DNA of 64,000 nucleotides from Haliotis rubra (Eukaryota), in the NCBI RefSeq assembly GCF_003918875.1, contig NW_025766625.1:1240001-1304000 (forward strand), given 5' to 3'. The notes beneath the pieces are model-generated. The model was given only the letters and a program-made list of their open reading frames with translations. It was not told the origin of the DNA and ran no database searches. A program made the position numbers and the translations under genes. Numbering within the stretch: position 1 is the stretch's first letter; every line of letters starts with the position of its first letter. This document shows, piece by piece, positions 12,836 through 26,200 of the stretch.

Positions 12836-14084
12836 CTGAAGAAAAAACAACACGGCATATATACAGTTATACGGGTTCAGGTGAAAAACTACATCAAACA
12901 CTTCAGGAATTGCCACGGCAATTAGGTAAGGATTACCCCAACTTCACTATAGTAACACCTCACACTTAGACAAGGACAAATAATGAGAATTGTAAAGTCA
13001 ATTTGTCGTGCCTAATGATTTACTGGTACATAACATAAATATAACATATGACGCAAACATGTTGAAAGTCGGTTTGACACAACACGGAAACTCTTTAATC
13101 CTAGCCACTCCTCTATTGAATATAAATACTGAATGTAACGGACCATCAGCAGGATACCACCCTTATGGAGACTTGCCTGGCTGCATGGATAAATGGGTTA
13201 TATATCCCGAATAGAATTCACATTTACATAAAACTTTAGAGTCATGAAGGAATACAAATAATAATTCCCATATTGTTACTTTATTTTCACTCAAAAACAT
13301 TTTATCTGTTCGTATCTTACAAGTTACTTTAACTGCAATCATATACCATTAAACAAAAGTAGGGGCTATTGGATTTACAAGATTGATAAAATGCAAATGA
13401 TGAAGCCAAGGAAGAAACAGATGATGAAGAGAAATTAAGGGAAAATGTGACAATCTATTCCATTCCTTTGGAAATGTGTCATCTGTATGGATATATCTTA
13501 CTTTTTCTCATATGCATTGGCATTGACAAGTGGTGTGCTCGCATAATGGAATATCCCCTACTTTTTTTAATGGTATATAAGAGATGACACCTTAGCCAAC
13601 AACGCATTTTGTCGGAAAGAACACGTTAAGTCTCCAAATCATCAGCAGTAGCAGCCAACACAAGTATCCATCCGCGTGTGACAAGTCATGTCATGCACAC
13701 ATACTTTTTCCACAATGAGAAAATAGTCCCCGAGAAAAGTGTAATCGCAAATTGAAAATACAGAACAGAGTACGTTAACGTTTGGCCACAGCAGACAATT
13801 GAGGTTAATGTTTACCAATATCATTCATGATCTTATTCTCTAAAAGTAACATGGATCGTCGACCGCGTTTGATAGAGCCTTTAATTTCGATCCGGATTTT
13901 GGACAGGACGCCATCGGTGTGCATTATAAATAACAATAATCTGGCGATCAGTGTCTTAATATTATTATCATGTCAATCCTCTCAAAATGTATACCATAAA
14001 CGATACATTCATTGTTATCGCATGTTAGCATGTTAAGTGATAGTTACAGAAGTGTATAACTGAATAAACTTCAATACTACTCAC

Positions 14085-14117
14085 GATCTTTGGTACGTGG
14101 ATGATGTAGGCCGCCAT
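14085..14117 (-). other. Putative first exon of IAP-1 carrying an upstream ATG (MAAYIIHVPKI)
   Basis: aaaATGGCG in good Kozak context, followed by 11 codons and an ATC|GTGAGT consensus donor; two kB-like sites immediately upstream. Confidence 0.45.
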
Positions 14118-14126
14118 TTTTCACTT

Positions 14127-14168
14127 GGGGATTTCCCTTCCGTAAATAGACAAAGCTGGAAAAACCCC
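14127..14168. promoter_or_regulatory. Two NF-kB/Rel-like sites at the putative IAP-1 5' end
   Basis: GGGGATTTCCC at 14127-14137 (fits GGGRNWYYCC) and GGAAAAACCCC at 14158-14168. IAP genes are established NF-kB targets. Confidence 0.5.
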
Positions 14169-14273
14169 ATTTACTCGATAAATATACAATGACAAACCAC
14201 GGCCCATATAGGGTATCAGACTATAGTATATAGATAGGCACATTGCACGGGCTTTTGCTTCTCGATACAATTA

Positions 14274-14427
14274 CAGGGGCGGATACATCTTTTTGAGAAA
14301 GGGGGGGGTGCACCCTATTGAGAAAAGGAGGGTGCACACTTCAATTTCACCGAGTTTCAATGGTCATTTAACAAACTTTCAGCACAAACGGGGGTGGGGG
14401 TGCGCACCCCACCCCTACCCGCCTATG
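14274..14427. mobile_element. Small non-autonomous DNA element (CAGGGGCGG...CCGCCTATG ends)
   Basis: Short imperfect TIR and internal ggggtgcac / gcgcacccc motifs; no clean TSD. Confidence 0.45.
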
Positions 14428-15327
14428 ATTTACTCTCCAAACATTGCTATCGAAATTATATCATCACAAGCACGGTTATATCATCACAAGCACGATTGAC
14501 ATGATAATATTTATTCGTGATGGTGACAATGTTAAATATTGGATTTGAGATGTATGTTAGATCGGGGCCTTGTAATTTTATTGATGAAATTCACGTCATT
14601 ACCGTGAATGATTTAATTAACTGCACTGGTACTTACATTAGATTGCTGGCAACCCTGGAAAAGTAACATGAAGCAGTTAAAATGTGGTTTTATGCACCCA
14701 GTGATAACCAAATATTCCTATCACTACCTAACAGTTTCACAAAATAATCTTATTTCATACATGTAATTTCTGAAATACTAAAGATAAAGTGACATTTCTG
14801 ATATTGATAAATACATGTTTCTAACTTTCCCCATTAAAAGTAGATAACAAGGATGTCATTCCTGGAATAGACTGTCCGGAAATAAAAAAAACAACATCCT
14901 CAATAGTACACTGAAATAATAATATAACGATGCTAATCAAAACGACGAGGGTTGTGATAATAATGGTGATAAAGAAAACCATGTGCATATACTATTCACA
15001 CTTTGCTAGGATCAAATCATGGATTCAATAGAAAACTATTATGTGGTGTCAAATTTGGTTTAAATACCTAAGCTTATTGTGAGCATGGATCTTAGGTTTC
15101 AGTATGTCACAGCATCTTGTGGATCGCATATCTGCTATTGACAGGTGTTGTTTATTTTTCAATGACTCTTTCCATGATTTGCAAAATGGTTGATTGATGC
15201 CATGAAAACCATGTTCATGGTTACTCATGTATGAAGTGCATAAGGTTCAAATTGTATATCAAATTATATACCTACGTTTAAGTAAAGTTGTGATTTTTTT
15301 AATTCTTAGCAAAGTGTGAGTAGTATA

Positions 15328-15585
15328 TTTATATCCAACGCCCAAAAGTGTGCTCAAAGTGCTACCGCATTACCCCGGTCAATCATTCACTTTTATTCTC
15401 GGCTCCCATTGTGACTACAGCCCAAATTGTATGCATTATTATTGACATGCTATTATGACTGCACGAGTTGTCTATAGTCCGTTTCAGGTACTGCGTCCAT
15501 TGACAGTCGTTACACACTTGATGAATACCAGCCACATTACGATCTCATCCTACCAGGTACCCAGGTACTGCTGGGAAAACAGACA
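15328..15585 (-). mobile_element. Degenerate SINE remnant (Deu/Nin-like core, L2-like tail)
   Basis: Minus strand has cccagcagtac..gggtacctggtagg and a tail agcactttgagcac..gcgttggatataa; assignment from recalled motifs. Confidence 0.4.
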
Positions 15586-16639
15586 TCTTTCCAATAAGGA
15601 CACTTGTCATTGCTTTTAATAATTTATACATATTGTTGTCTTCGCGGGTTCGCATTTAACACAGAATAGTATGTCGTCGCAGATTATATCAGTAGAGCAC
15701 AAATATATTAGTAACAAGTAAGACTGTCACCATTATGGTAGATAGTACGGTATCAGTTCGGGTAACCGTTCAGAACTCCAATAAGTTTGAACAATATTCA
15801 GTTTGAAAGAAAGCATTGTGTAGATTTCCGTTTATATGATAAACAATGACTTTATAGCATAGCAGCAGCTGTCTAACTTTCGATAATAGATTTGATACAA
15901 CTACGATTGACCTTTAAAAGCTAGAGTTGATCTTCAGGTCACTACTTGCCACACATTTTGCTCTGTAGTTGCAAAGAACTTTTAAGTGTATTGTGTGACA
16001 CACTGGTACTGTCTGTTAACATCCGTAATTCTACAATCCACGTTGTATAGTAGAAACAGAAAACGTTTAGCGTATAAAACAAGGAAACATGGGGTAGTTT
16101 TACCGAGACGGATTCCTGCATTGGAATACAAAATCACAAAATATTCATTGAATATCTCAGACCACATAGACCTGTGCGTTACGTCATTACGGAAGATGAT
16201 ATTGCTGACTGTCTGATATTTTGTCCCTGTGCACGTGTTTGTGTATTACAGAGACAACAACCGAAGGCTATTATTGCGCTACATGGTGACATATGTAAAT
16301 GGAATTGAGAGCTCAGAACTACAATGGTAGAGCATCAAAACTTTTATTGGGTATGAATAGAATGGCTAATGAGCGAGACCCATCTGAACTTATATACTCA
16401 CCATCAAAAGTTTAGACTCACTAGTGTACATGTAGCCACTTACTTCAGTCAACTTTTCTAGACTAGATTTTGCAAAATAATTCATACTGTCTAAAGGTAC
16501 TGTTTATACTTGAACTGGTGTATTGTAAAACAAATTCGTAACGTTGAAACGATTATTGTCATGCGTTCAATAAATTATGAAACTCGGTAAAAAATGGCGA
16601 ATTCTCATCAAAACTGTATACCAAAACGCAGTTGTTCAC

Positions 16640-17112
16640 CATCCTCGATAATCTCCAGGGTATACGTTACGATCACTCTCCACTATACCCTGGATGCATC
16701 CACGGCTTGGCCCGATAATTATATTACCTCCCTTTGCTGGCTCCGCATTTTCACAGTAGCCAATCAGCTGAGCCGCCGTTACAGCCGAGCTTGCCAGTGT
16801 CAACAAAGATAGCGGTCGCAGTCGCGAAGGTTTGTTAGCAGTGCCACTCAGATATTTGGGGAAATCATACTGACAAATTGACAGATCTGAAACTTTAAAA
16901 AACATATATGAAAGAACTCCTTCTACCTCTTTCAGAGTACCTCTGCATCAATTGTGTTGCTAAGTTTAAACGGTTAGATAATTTAAGAAGCGAAAGTGAG
17001 GTGTGATTGGTTCGCTCAACTTCCCAGCGTAGACACCAAGGGAGGTAATAAAATGCATCCAAGGTATAGTGGAGAGTGATCGTAACGTATACCCTGGAGA
17101 TTATCGAGGATG
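16640..17112. mobile_element. 473-bp non-autonomous DNA transposon with ~60-bp TIRs and 8-bp TSD (P- or hAT-type)
   Basis: catcctcgataatctccagggtatacgttacgatcactctccactatacc..ggatgcat is mirrored at 17053-17112; ttgttcac duplicated at 16632-16639 and 17113-17120. Confidence 0.9.
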
Positions 17113-17573
17113 TTGTTCACATGCTCGATAATTGCACATGCTTTTCAGCAATTTGATGCATGATCCTCGTGCAATTCAGCAATTCATAAGGTTTGCAGTG
17201 GAGAAATGCATCTTCATATTATGCCATAAATGGGGGGTCAATGAATTGTACATGACATGCAGGGGGTGGGGTGGGGGTGGGGTCACTTACTTTGAACATA
17301 TTTTTAGGATTGCGTAAAAATCATCATCACTCCCCACCCTCCCAGCCATAAATTATGTACGGTCTCTAACGGCATTCTATTAGTCACATTCCGTGATTAA
17401 AACTCGCAATAAACACATAGAAAACGTACTCGTATTTCAGCCTATTATGGAAGCCCCGACAGTTAATGTGGAGAGGCGGGTATCACGTGACATGACGTCA
17501 TAAGTACCTATTGCCGGTGACTTCCTCTTTGTTGCTTCCTCTGAATTATCGCACTGAAAAAAATAGGATCCAG

Positions 17574-18039
17574 GGCCCCGTTCCGAAAAGCGATCGTAGC
17601 GCTAAGATGATCGTAACTCCCATACTTTAACATAGACTTACGACAGTCGTAGCGCTAAGATGATCGTAGCTCCCATACTTTAACATAGACTTACGACTGT
17701 CGTAGCGCTAAGATGATCGTAACTCCCATACTTTAACATAGACTTACGACTGTCGTAGCGCTAAGATGATCGTAACTCCCATACTTTGACATAGACTTAC
17801 GACAGTCGTAGCGCTAAGATGATCGTAGCTCCCATACTTTAACATAGACTTACGACTGTCGTAGCGCTAAGATGATCGTAACTCCCATACTTTAACATAG
17901 ACTTACGACTGTCGTAGCGCTAAGATGATCGTAACTCCCATACTTTGACATAGACTTACGACTGTCGTAGCGCTAACATGATCGTAACTCCCATACTTTG
18001 ACATAGACTTACGACTGTCGTAGTGCTGCAATCGCTTTT
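17574..18039. repeat. 53-bp tandem array (~8 copies) inside a MITE related to 9962-10077
   Basis: Unit cgtagcgctaagatgatcgtaactcccatactttaacatagacttacgactgt; left end cag|ggccccgttccgaaaagcgat, right end atcgctttt (truncated TIR). Confidence 0.92.
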
Positions 18040-19469
18040 ATCAAGTCTCCATACAAGATCGCAGCCTGGTCGAGCAGAAATAATTTAGTTAAGCGGCGCA
18101 GATAATTTATGCCCGGAAAAATAGTGAATTATAAAATACTACTCAGGACAATGTTTATTTCCCTAGTTTTAACGTATGTAAATAGTTATAGTGCTCGGTC
18201 ATAACCTTAGAATGACTTCATGTCAGTCAATGAGAATACAAAATAACTTTCACGGCACACACTACTCACAAATATAGCGCGAGTCTGAGTTTAGAGGAAT
18301 CTTGAAATGGGACATGGTATTTGTGCATCGTCTGAAGCAAATGCTGTCTGAAATTTACATAGAAAAGTAGAAGTGCAGCACAGGACTTTCTCATTGAAGA
18401 TATCTCTGTACACACTGTACTTTCTGGATACCGATTGTGCTCCACTTCTGCCTGATCGGTTACTTTTATGCAAATCAGAATTTCTGATTTACGATGTCAA
18501 ACCAAGGTTATTTGGCCAAGAAGTTTAACGTAAACTTCGGCTAGAGCTATCGATGGTCTCATAACCACCAAACAGTCAATTCTCGTCCTCTGATTAACCC
18601 TTCTGAATTAGAAATGAATGAGATCAGTGAGGCACTCTCATTTACTTTAAATTCAGATCTGTGCATAAAGATTCAGCGACCAAAGACATCTGTACAATAC
18701 TCTTTGATGAAAGTACTGTACTGATGACCGTTCGTGTCAATCGTATCCCACCTTATCCTGAAGATATCTTTTCACAACATCTGATTCTGTTTCCTTAAAT
18801 TCCCATGCCAATAACCTAATCTGGAGGAATTTGCTAATTAAATGGTGATGTTAACATTCCAAATCCGTGACCAGTAAGAATTCCCATGTTACGTGACTGT
18901 TCCTGATATTACGGCTTTCATCTCAAGGATCTTGTTTATCTCCTTGATCCTTGTCACTGGACTAATTTCAAAGCTGTTCATTCCCTGAAATCTCACACTT
19001 TTGACTCGGCTAATCTCTACAAAAGCAATTAAATATCTTTTCCACTTTTTTTCAGTGTAATTGTTATTTTTAGTAAGAAATTGCCTTGTCCCAGAAATTA
19101 CCATTGAACCAAATTTTGTTCCATTTTCCTTGCATTGGCTTTTCTCCGTACCCACTTTGTTTGACCTTCTCCCTGCCTACATGACTTCAAAGTTATTGCG
19201 TCACATATGACTTCTTTCCTGGAGTCTCTCTTGGAGGTCGACATCACGAAAGACCTCAATGACACCTACCTTCAATTATCAAATGAGATATATTTGAAGT
19301 TTTGCTGTAATGGCATTTTATATGCATAACAACTTCCTATATTTCGTGACTGCGACGTTTTGATACAGAATCTTGCCAACGGTATATGCATACTTTCAGT
19401 GCTATTGTTAACTGTTTGACTTTTTTGTAGCTGTTGCTGACTTAATCGCAGACGTTGAACACTGACATG

Positions 19470-19900
19470 CTATAAATGTACTATGGGGATTAGGTCTGGA
19501 GACCTTGAGGGCGATGACAGTATTTGGATGTTGAGGTTTTCTGAAAAAGGCTGTTGCCTGTCGTGCTGTGAGAGGTCATGTTTTGTCGTGTTTAAATATG
19601 ACGTTTGCTCGTTGAATGATGGGAAGGACGACGACGTCTGTAAAACACGACTTCTTTCGTCTGTACGTCTCCGTTGTCCTTGACACCACTGACGTCGCGA
19701 CCGACGATGATGATCTGTCGTCTGGTTGCATATCTACTGTCGGCCATTGGCGTTGTTGCCTTGAGCTTCTGCCAGCGGTGGCATGTTTTCACTTTTCCCT
19801 GTCTGTACAGTTGGGATGACAGACAGTCAAATGAAAAAGCATCGTTTTCATAGCCCAACAGTTCATGTTGCACGATCATTCCATGTTGGTGTGTTTCCCC
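19470..19900 (-). mobile_element. Decayed Tc1 transposase remnant
   Basis: Minus strand gives FKHDKT*PLTAR (cf. FQHDNARPHTAR) and SPSRSPDLIPIVHL* (cf. WPSRSPDLNPIEHLW). Confidence 0.65.
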
Positions 19901-20199
19901 CACTTTATTTTTGGCCGTACTTTACGTGCAGACATGAACATATCATATATGGTATTCATTGCATGTGAATATCATCAAAACACTGTCAGATAGTTCCAAT
20001 GTGTCCATCTGTGCGTTTCTTTTTCTAGGAACACATACTGCCCGTGCCACACAGTATACCTCGTTGTTTACTGACAAGATGCACTACTCAGATTATGTGA
20101 AGCAGTTAATTTGTAAGGTGTATAATTTCTTTCAATGTCAGGCAGTAAGAGGGTAACCATTTATCACATTGATAAATACTTGAAACGATCCTCTAAAGC

Positions 20200-20605
20200 T
20201 CTTGGTATGTTTAATAACAATCTGAAAAAATACAATGTCTGTCTTCTGGACTGTAACAATCAGGCCAACCAGGTTGGGAACATATCAAAACCAAGTCATA
20301 TCAAATCTATGTCGGGTGTATAGACAATTCAAGACGAATTCAGTCAAACATGCAATTATTAAACAACCTTCAGAAAAGATGTCAGTTAGACTCTTGACGA
20401 TATAACTAAAACTGAACATGCACATCATGCCTGGATTAATAATCCCTGGCTTCCATTTCTCCATCCACCTTACCAGTTTCACAGGTACTTATATAGCTGT
20501 CTGTTTCCTAGTTCTCCATTTACCTGATGAAGGAATAACAATTTATTCCGAAACGTCGTGTTCCTCAATATAAAGAAGTTGACATCCATAAACTCTCGCC
20601 TTTGT
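20200..20605 (+). mobile_element. Penelope-like retroelement 3' end / pseudo-LTR remnant
   Basis: Hammerhead-bearing segment 20490-20603 is homologous to 78-187; frameshifted QPVGEH..PSH-like and PGL motifs upstream resemble a GIY-YIG C-terminus. Confidence 0.5.
20521..20560 (+). ncRNA. Minimal type I hammerhead ribozyme motif (Penelope-like element type)
   Basis: UAC-CUGAUGA-A-GGAAUAA(caau)UUAUUCC-GAAA-CG-UC/GUG: complete core, 7-bp stem II, palindromic CG stem III, 3-bp stem I. Confidence 0.75.
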
Positions 20606-21271
20606 GTATATCACTTCTAAATGCCGTTCAAAGTCTCTATATGATTTTATTGTCACACAGTATAAGCTGTGACAACTTTTGCATACATTTGGATACAGAT
20701 ATAGAAAGATAGTTGCTGGTATTGGGCTGTACATCTGACATCGTTCGTCTCCGAAATCATTGTCAGGTATGCGGACGGTGCAACAGATGAATACGACCTT
20801 TCCTTCAAGGGCAACAAAACTATAACTTTATGAAACCATCAATCTAACAAACCTGAGCCTGTGTACATTTTTGATAAGTATATCAATGGGCAAGTTCACG
20901 TCGTCTCACGACTTTCCCCTTACCACTGCAACCTGAACCCAGTAACGTTGGTGACGTTGGACGATTGTACACCACGATGGGGGACGATGAAACACTAATA
21001 AATGTATCCCTTGGTCAGGTATCAGTGTACACATGGCAGCGTTGCGTTACAAAAGTTGGTGAGATGGGCTAGGATGGACTGTTGTTGAGACTTTTAGCAG
21101 TGATACAGGTAATTCCGACGACGAGGGTTGTGACGTGAGCGGGTAAAAGTATCATGAGATGACCCCCTCTTATGATGTCAGCCCGTGTACAGGTGTAGCA
21201 CGTGCGTGTTTGCGTTGCTCCTCCTATAGTCCTAAGTCCCCTTGTTCACATACATGTACACAGTAATAACT

Positions 21272-21485
21272 GACCCGTGAAGGTACGTGTTGGAATTGAT
21301 CTCTAGTAACCCATGCTTGTCGTAAGAGGCGACTCACGGGATCGGGTGGTCAGGCTCGCTGACTTGGCTGATGCATGTCATTGTATCCCAATTGTGTTGA
21401 TCGATGATCACTGGATTGTATGGTCCAGACGCGATTATTTACAGACCGCCGCCATATTCCTTCAATATTGCTGAGTGCAGCGTAA
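21272..21485 (+). mobile_element. SINE-B (Meta/MESC-like core)
   Basis: gacccgtgaagg..cccatgcttgtcgtaagaggcgact..gggatcgggtggtcaggctcgctgacttgg..aatattgctgagtgc; same family as 51139-51607 and 56343-56590. Confidence 0.85.
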
Positions 21486-21547
21486 TTGGCATGGGAATTC
21501 ACATAATCAGAGGATTTGTTAGATGATGCCTTAACAGTGGTTATAGA

Positions 21548-21713
21548 CTGACTGACTAAGTTTGGTTTTACGCCGCTTTTAGCAATATTCCAGCAACATC
21601 ACGGCGGGGGACACCAGAAATGGGCTTCACACACTGTGCTCATGTGGGGATTCGAACCCGGGTCTTCGGCGTGACGAGCCAACGCTTTAAACATTAGACT
21701 ACCCCACCGCCCC
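21548..21713 (-). mobile_element. SINE-A (tRNA-derived)
   Basis: B box ggttcgaatcc, (cagt)n tail, 13-bp TSD cagtggttataga at 21535-21547 and 21714-21726. Confidence 0.92.
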
Positions 21714-22520
21714 CAGTGGTTATAGAATCATGGACGATTATACTCTCAAAACCATCTGCAAACACAACAACCACAGGAGAAAGTATCCTTAGTGCATCCC
21801 TTTTAGAATGTTTTCACGCTTCGAAATCTGTGTTTAAGTGAAGCACAAACCACTGCTCATGTTCTAACCAACCTGTTTAGATGTTTAGTTATCAAAACAA
21901 GCTTAAACGCTTGTACAATTACCATACAGCACCTTCATATACGAACACATACATTCTCTCGTGATGGCTGTCATAAATCCAAAAGCTAACGAACAGTTTG
22001 AATTGGAGTCTGATTTTCAGGTTTCTGCTGAGGTCAGCCATACGAATTCCTTTTTCACCCAAACCAAACAATTTCCTAACATACCGCAAATGTAATCAAA
22101 GTAAACGGGTTCATACACATGGTGTCATAAGCTGCAATCATTCGAACTCGTGAATACGCAAAAAGGGAATAAACACACCGTAATCCAACCGATTGTTAAA
22201 TGATTTATTGAAGTTAGGATATAACAAACAAACCAAAATTCTTACAAGATAATTTAGCAATACTGACTTAAGACGATAAACGTGAGCAAAGTCGGAAACC
22301 ACTACACAGAAACTGCAACAAGTATTAAGGGTAAAAGGAAGCAACTTCGTAGCAATACGAGTCGTCTACAGAAACGTTCACACAAGCTGGAAGTAATTAT
22401 AGCAATTTATCAGTTTTACTACTCGGTTAAATAAATCAGTGCACTCATGAATGTCCAGTATTAGCCTCAGTTAGACATCGTGAGTGAGGCACATGCTGTG
22501 TTCATGTTAACATCGTTAAC

Positions 22521-22757
22521 CGGACAAAATCTCCCCGGACAAAATCTCCGTTTACAAGGAGGGAGGGGGATAATGTCCGNNNNNNNNNNNNNNNNNNNNN
22601 NNNNNNNNNNNNNNNNNNNNNNNNNNNNNNNNNNNNNNNNNNNNNNNNNNNNNNNNNNNNNNNNNNNNNNNNNNNNNNNNNNNNNNNNNNNNNNNNNNNN
22701 NNNNNNNNNNNNNNNNNNNNNNNGGTGGTGTTGTCCGAGAGCATTTTGTCCTGGGAT
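22521..22757. mobile_element. Repeat element spanning a 144-N assembly gap (22580-22723)
   Basis: ggacaaaat.. / ..attttgtcc inverted motifs; tcgttaac directly repeated at 22513-22520 and 22758-22765. Confidence 0.55.
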
Positions 22758-23272
22758 TCGTTAACATCACCGCATCACTTCATGAAAGTCGACATGAGTG
22801 TGTTGTTGTGCACTACTACTGCAACAGTAATGTCTTCATTGTGACTGCAATCTACAGATCAACCGGAAATCGTGTTTTTACAAAGTATTCCTATTACCTC
22901 TAGGTTAGGAAATTATACATTGATATGGATATATATTATGTACACTATATAGTTTGTTTTATGAGCAAATCATATCATTATCATTCATGGTAACGACGAC
23001 ACTGTTTCATGACAAATACCGGGTATGCGCATCATGAAATCAGGCCGATAATGGGTCACGCAGTATTAGTGACGATGTGTATTTTGTCTACTGAATTTTC
23101 ATGACTAACCTCTGTCATGTGAATGCAGACAGTTACCCGGATGTGCAGATTTGGCAGCATTCTGGAACTGTTGAGCACAAGACACAGATCACCAAGGGGA
23201 CACAGATGATGAAGACGATGCTTACCCGGAGCAGATTTATGTTGCTTTTGGTTACAGTTCACAAACAGATAT

Positions 23273-26200
23273 TCAGAAGTTGGCAATATATTTCTCCCGA
23301 GAAGCCATATGAACACGAACAGTTCCCCGGATGTGTTGTCTGCAGATTGGGCAACGTTCTAGAGCTGGTGAGCACTCGGCACAGGCTACCAGGTGTCCGC
23401 AAGGGAGGAACACGATGTTGGCGGGGTCCTCCAGGCATATCTTACATGCACTTGACTCTTTTAATTGCTGTGTCTCTTCTACTGTAGCCTTCAAGTCTTC
23501 CTTGCTCTTGCCTGAGAACAACATATATCAAAACACAATAGATGACATACTGGAACACCATGTGGTCATTTCTCGGAATATCCAGGAGGCAACTGAACGT
23601 GTTGTGGAAAGCCATCCCTGGTGATTACATAAAATGTATGGTCAAATATACAGATTCTGGTTAATGAGGAGGACTTTCTATTTTACATTTTAAACTTCTA
23701 TGTTTCTTTACTTTGACAATGTCTTTTCGTGTCAAGGTTATATTCTGCATCTATATTGTACGTGTATCGGTTCTATATCTAGATTAAACAGATATATAAT
23801 CAATATCAGTCACTGATACATATTACTTCAGTCTGTACAATTTGAATCAGACTAAGTCTAATTATATCATACCATTACCTTTGTCTTGAGACTTGTTCTT
23901 TATCTTATCAATTTTCTCAGGCCTTTGTCTTTCAGTAGGCATACTAAGAACAGCTGCACCCATAAGTCTGTCTCCAACGTTTCTCCCATCGTTATTGTCA
24001 CCCAAAGAGGATGTTGTATTTCCAGAAGAGGGGACACCTGGCTGTGGTGAGTCATTGTCGTTGTAGAAAACGTTTGTCAAAGAGCTTGTTCTTCGTCCAG
24101 TTACAATAAATTCTTTTTTCGGTGGGTTTGATGTCAAGGAATCTTTATCTTCTTCTTCCTTTTTCGTGACCAGTGAGGAACCTGTTAAGCCTGCTCCTGC
24201 ACTTGTATTATCTGAAGAAGTGTTTTCGTCCTCTGGAATTCTCTGTAGTGCCTGTCTTCTTTGGGGATCTAGGGATTTCCGTCTTTCTTCTTCATTGTCC
24301 AACATTGTCTCTGTGATTCTTGATACCTCTTGCGTTGTGTCAAATAAACAACTGTCAATGTTAGAATGAGCTCTTTCTGGAACTTCTCTCTCCATGGGTA
24401 GGTCAGCTTCTGTTTGTTCTGACACTTCTCCATCTGTCACAAGGATCGTCTCAAGGAGCATATCTAGAGTCAGTGATGATTTTCCTGGAAAGCATTGTGT
24501 TATATTCAATAACTGGAACACAATATCTCCTTTAAAATGTGTTAGTATTCAAGAACAAGGAGACTCACCTGCAGGGTTCACAGTTGCCCTAGCAGCAGCT
24601 TCAACTTTGTCCCAGCTGAAGCCCATCTCCACTGCCTGTTCACACACTGCCTTCCTTATAGTGCCTGTTCATAAAAGACTTCAATAAGTACATATCTTAA
24701 CTCAGTCTTAGTCGAGAACCAAGTTTTGCAATGATCAATCGGGGCAGCATTAAGCCAAGTTTGCCATATTTATTCTAGGCCTATCATGTCATTAAGACCA
24801 GAGTAAATCATGAAGGTAGCAGATAGACCAGTGCAGACAGATCCTTCACAGGAAGAACAGCTACCCTAGTGTTTTACAGTTTTATTACGAAGCGTTCAGA
24901 CATATTAAGTACATCTTCCTTTTATCTTTGGCATTCTTTTGACATCTAAAATCATAGACGAGATCCTTCTTGAATTCATACATACATACCTATGCACATG
25001 GATATTTTAACATAAGTATTTTGGGCAAGGAACCGTGAGTTAAAATGCCCTTGAGAAGCCACCATGTCAAACTCTTTGGAGGTCTTTCATAAGGAACCAC
25101 TATATTTAGCATGTCGATGTGGTAAGCGTTGAAGTTATTTGTTGAGATCTTCATTGAACACCAAGGTACTTTGTAAATATTTGCATCAGTTCAACGAACA
25201 TGATCATGTGATTACGGCCATACCTTCTCCTTCTTCGTTCCGGTTTATGTTGTTACTTGAAGGTACCTGTTGGTTTCGGTCAGTCTAGAAAATATCAGCA
25301 AACTCAAACATATAAAACAAATGCTACTAACATTTTGACCAACAATTAGCGACGTGAATCATGTTCAGGCTATTACATACTAACAATGTTGCTTGGATTA
25401 CTACAACAGGTATAAAGTTTGCATATAGCTAATAACTAGAAGTTACTTACTTTTGATGTCGCTTGAAGGAACGTCCAAGTGCTGCTAATGTCTGCACTAT
25501 GAAGCGTTTTCCCCTCACAGCTTCTACATAAGCACAAGACGATCTCCAGCGGATATGTTCAGTCCAAGGGTCATCTCCTTCCTCCCATGTCCTGAGACCA
25601 ACACCACAGACAAAACAACGCACACAGTCAGCGTAACCTGCAAGACACAACAACGTCTATATAGTCAATCAAATATTATTATACATCCACCAGAAACCGT
25701 TGCCATTTGCAAATTAAATGCAAAGGTATCTTTGAACTGCATAGATTTTTCATAGGCTTCTGGTGCTGAAAGGTATCTAGCATTATCAACAAACTTGGTA
25801 TCAAGTAAACAGTGATATTATTTTCTGGGCAATTTTAGTCATCAGTTGATGCTATCATTTGTTTTTATTGATGTGTATACAGGCTGTTGTAATTGAACTG
25901 GAAACATATACTGCACAATGGCATGAAATAACTGTCAACATACCAGCGCCAGAAAGTGTAGATCGATGACATAGTTTATACTCATTAAATGCAAAATGGG
26001 CCCAATAAGAATGTGTATACATCTACTCTTCATCCTTACTGTTCCCTTTAAATTTGTCCATTGAGACTTCATATAATTTAACCATTTTGTGGAACCTTAC
26101 ACGTAGCTCAAAGAAATGTGAAAACTTAGGGTTGTTAATTTCAGTACCAGTGTGAAAAATCACGTTCATATGACATCGACGAAAATAGAGTAATATTACC

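Noticed and set aside
23101-23624. Plus-strand ORFs overlapping IAP exons (also 33792-34166, 57887-58183, 60143-60631 on the opposite strands)
   Set aside because: Antisense shadows of real exons with no independent coding signal.
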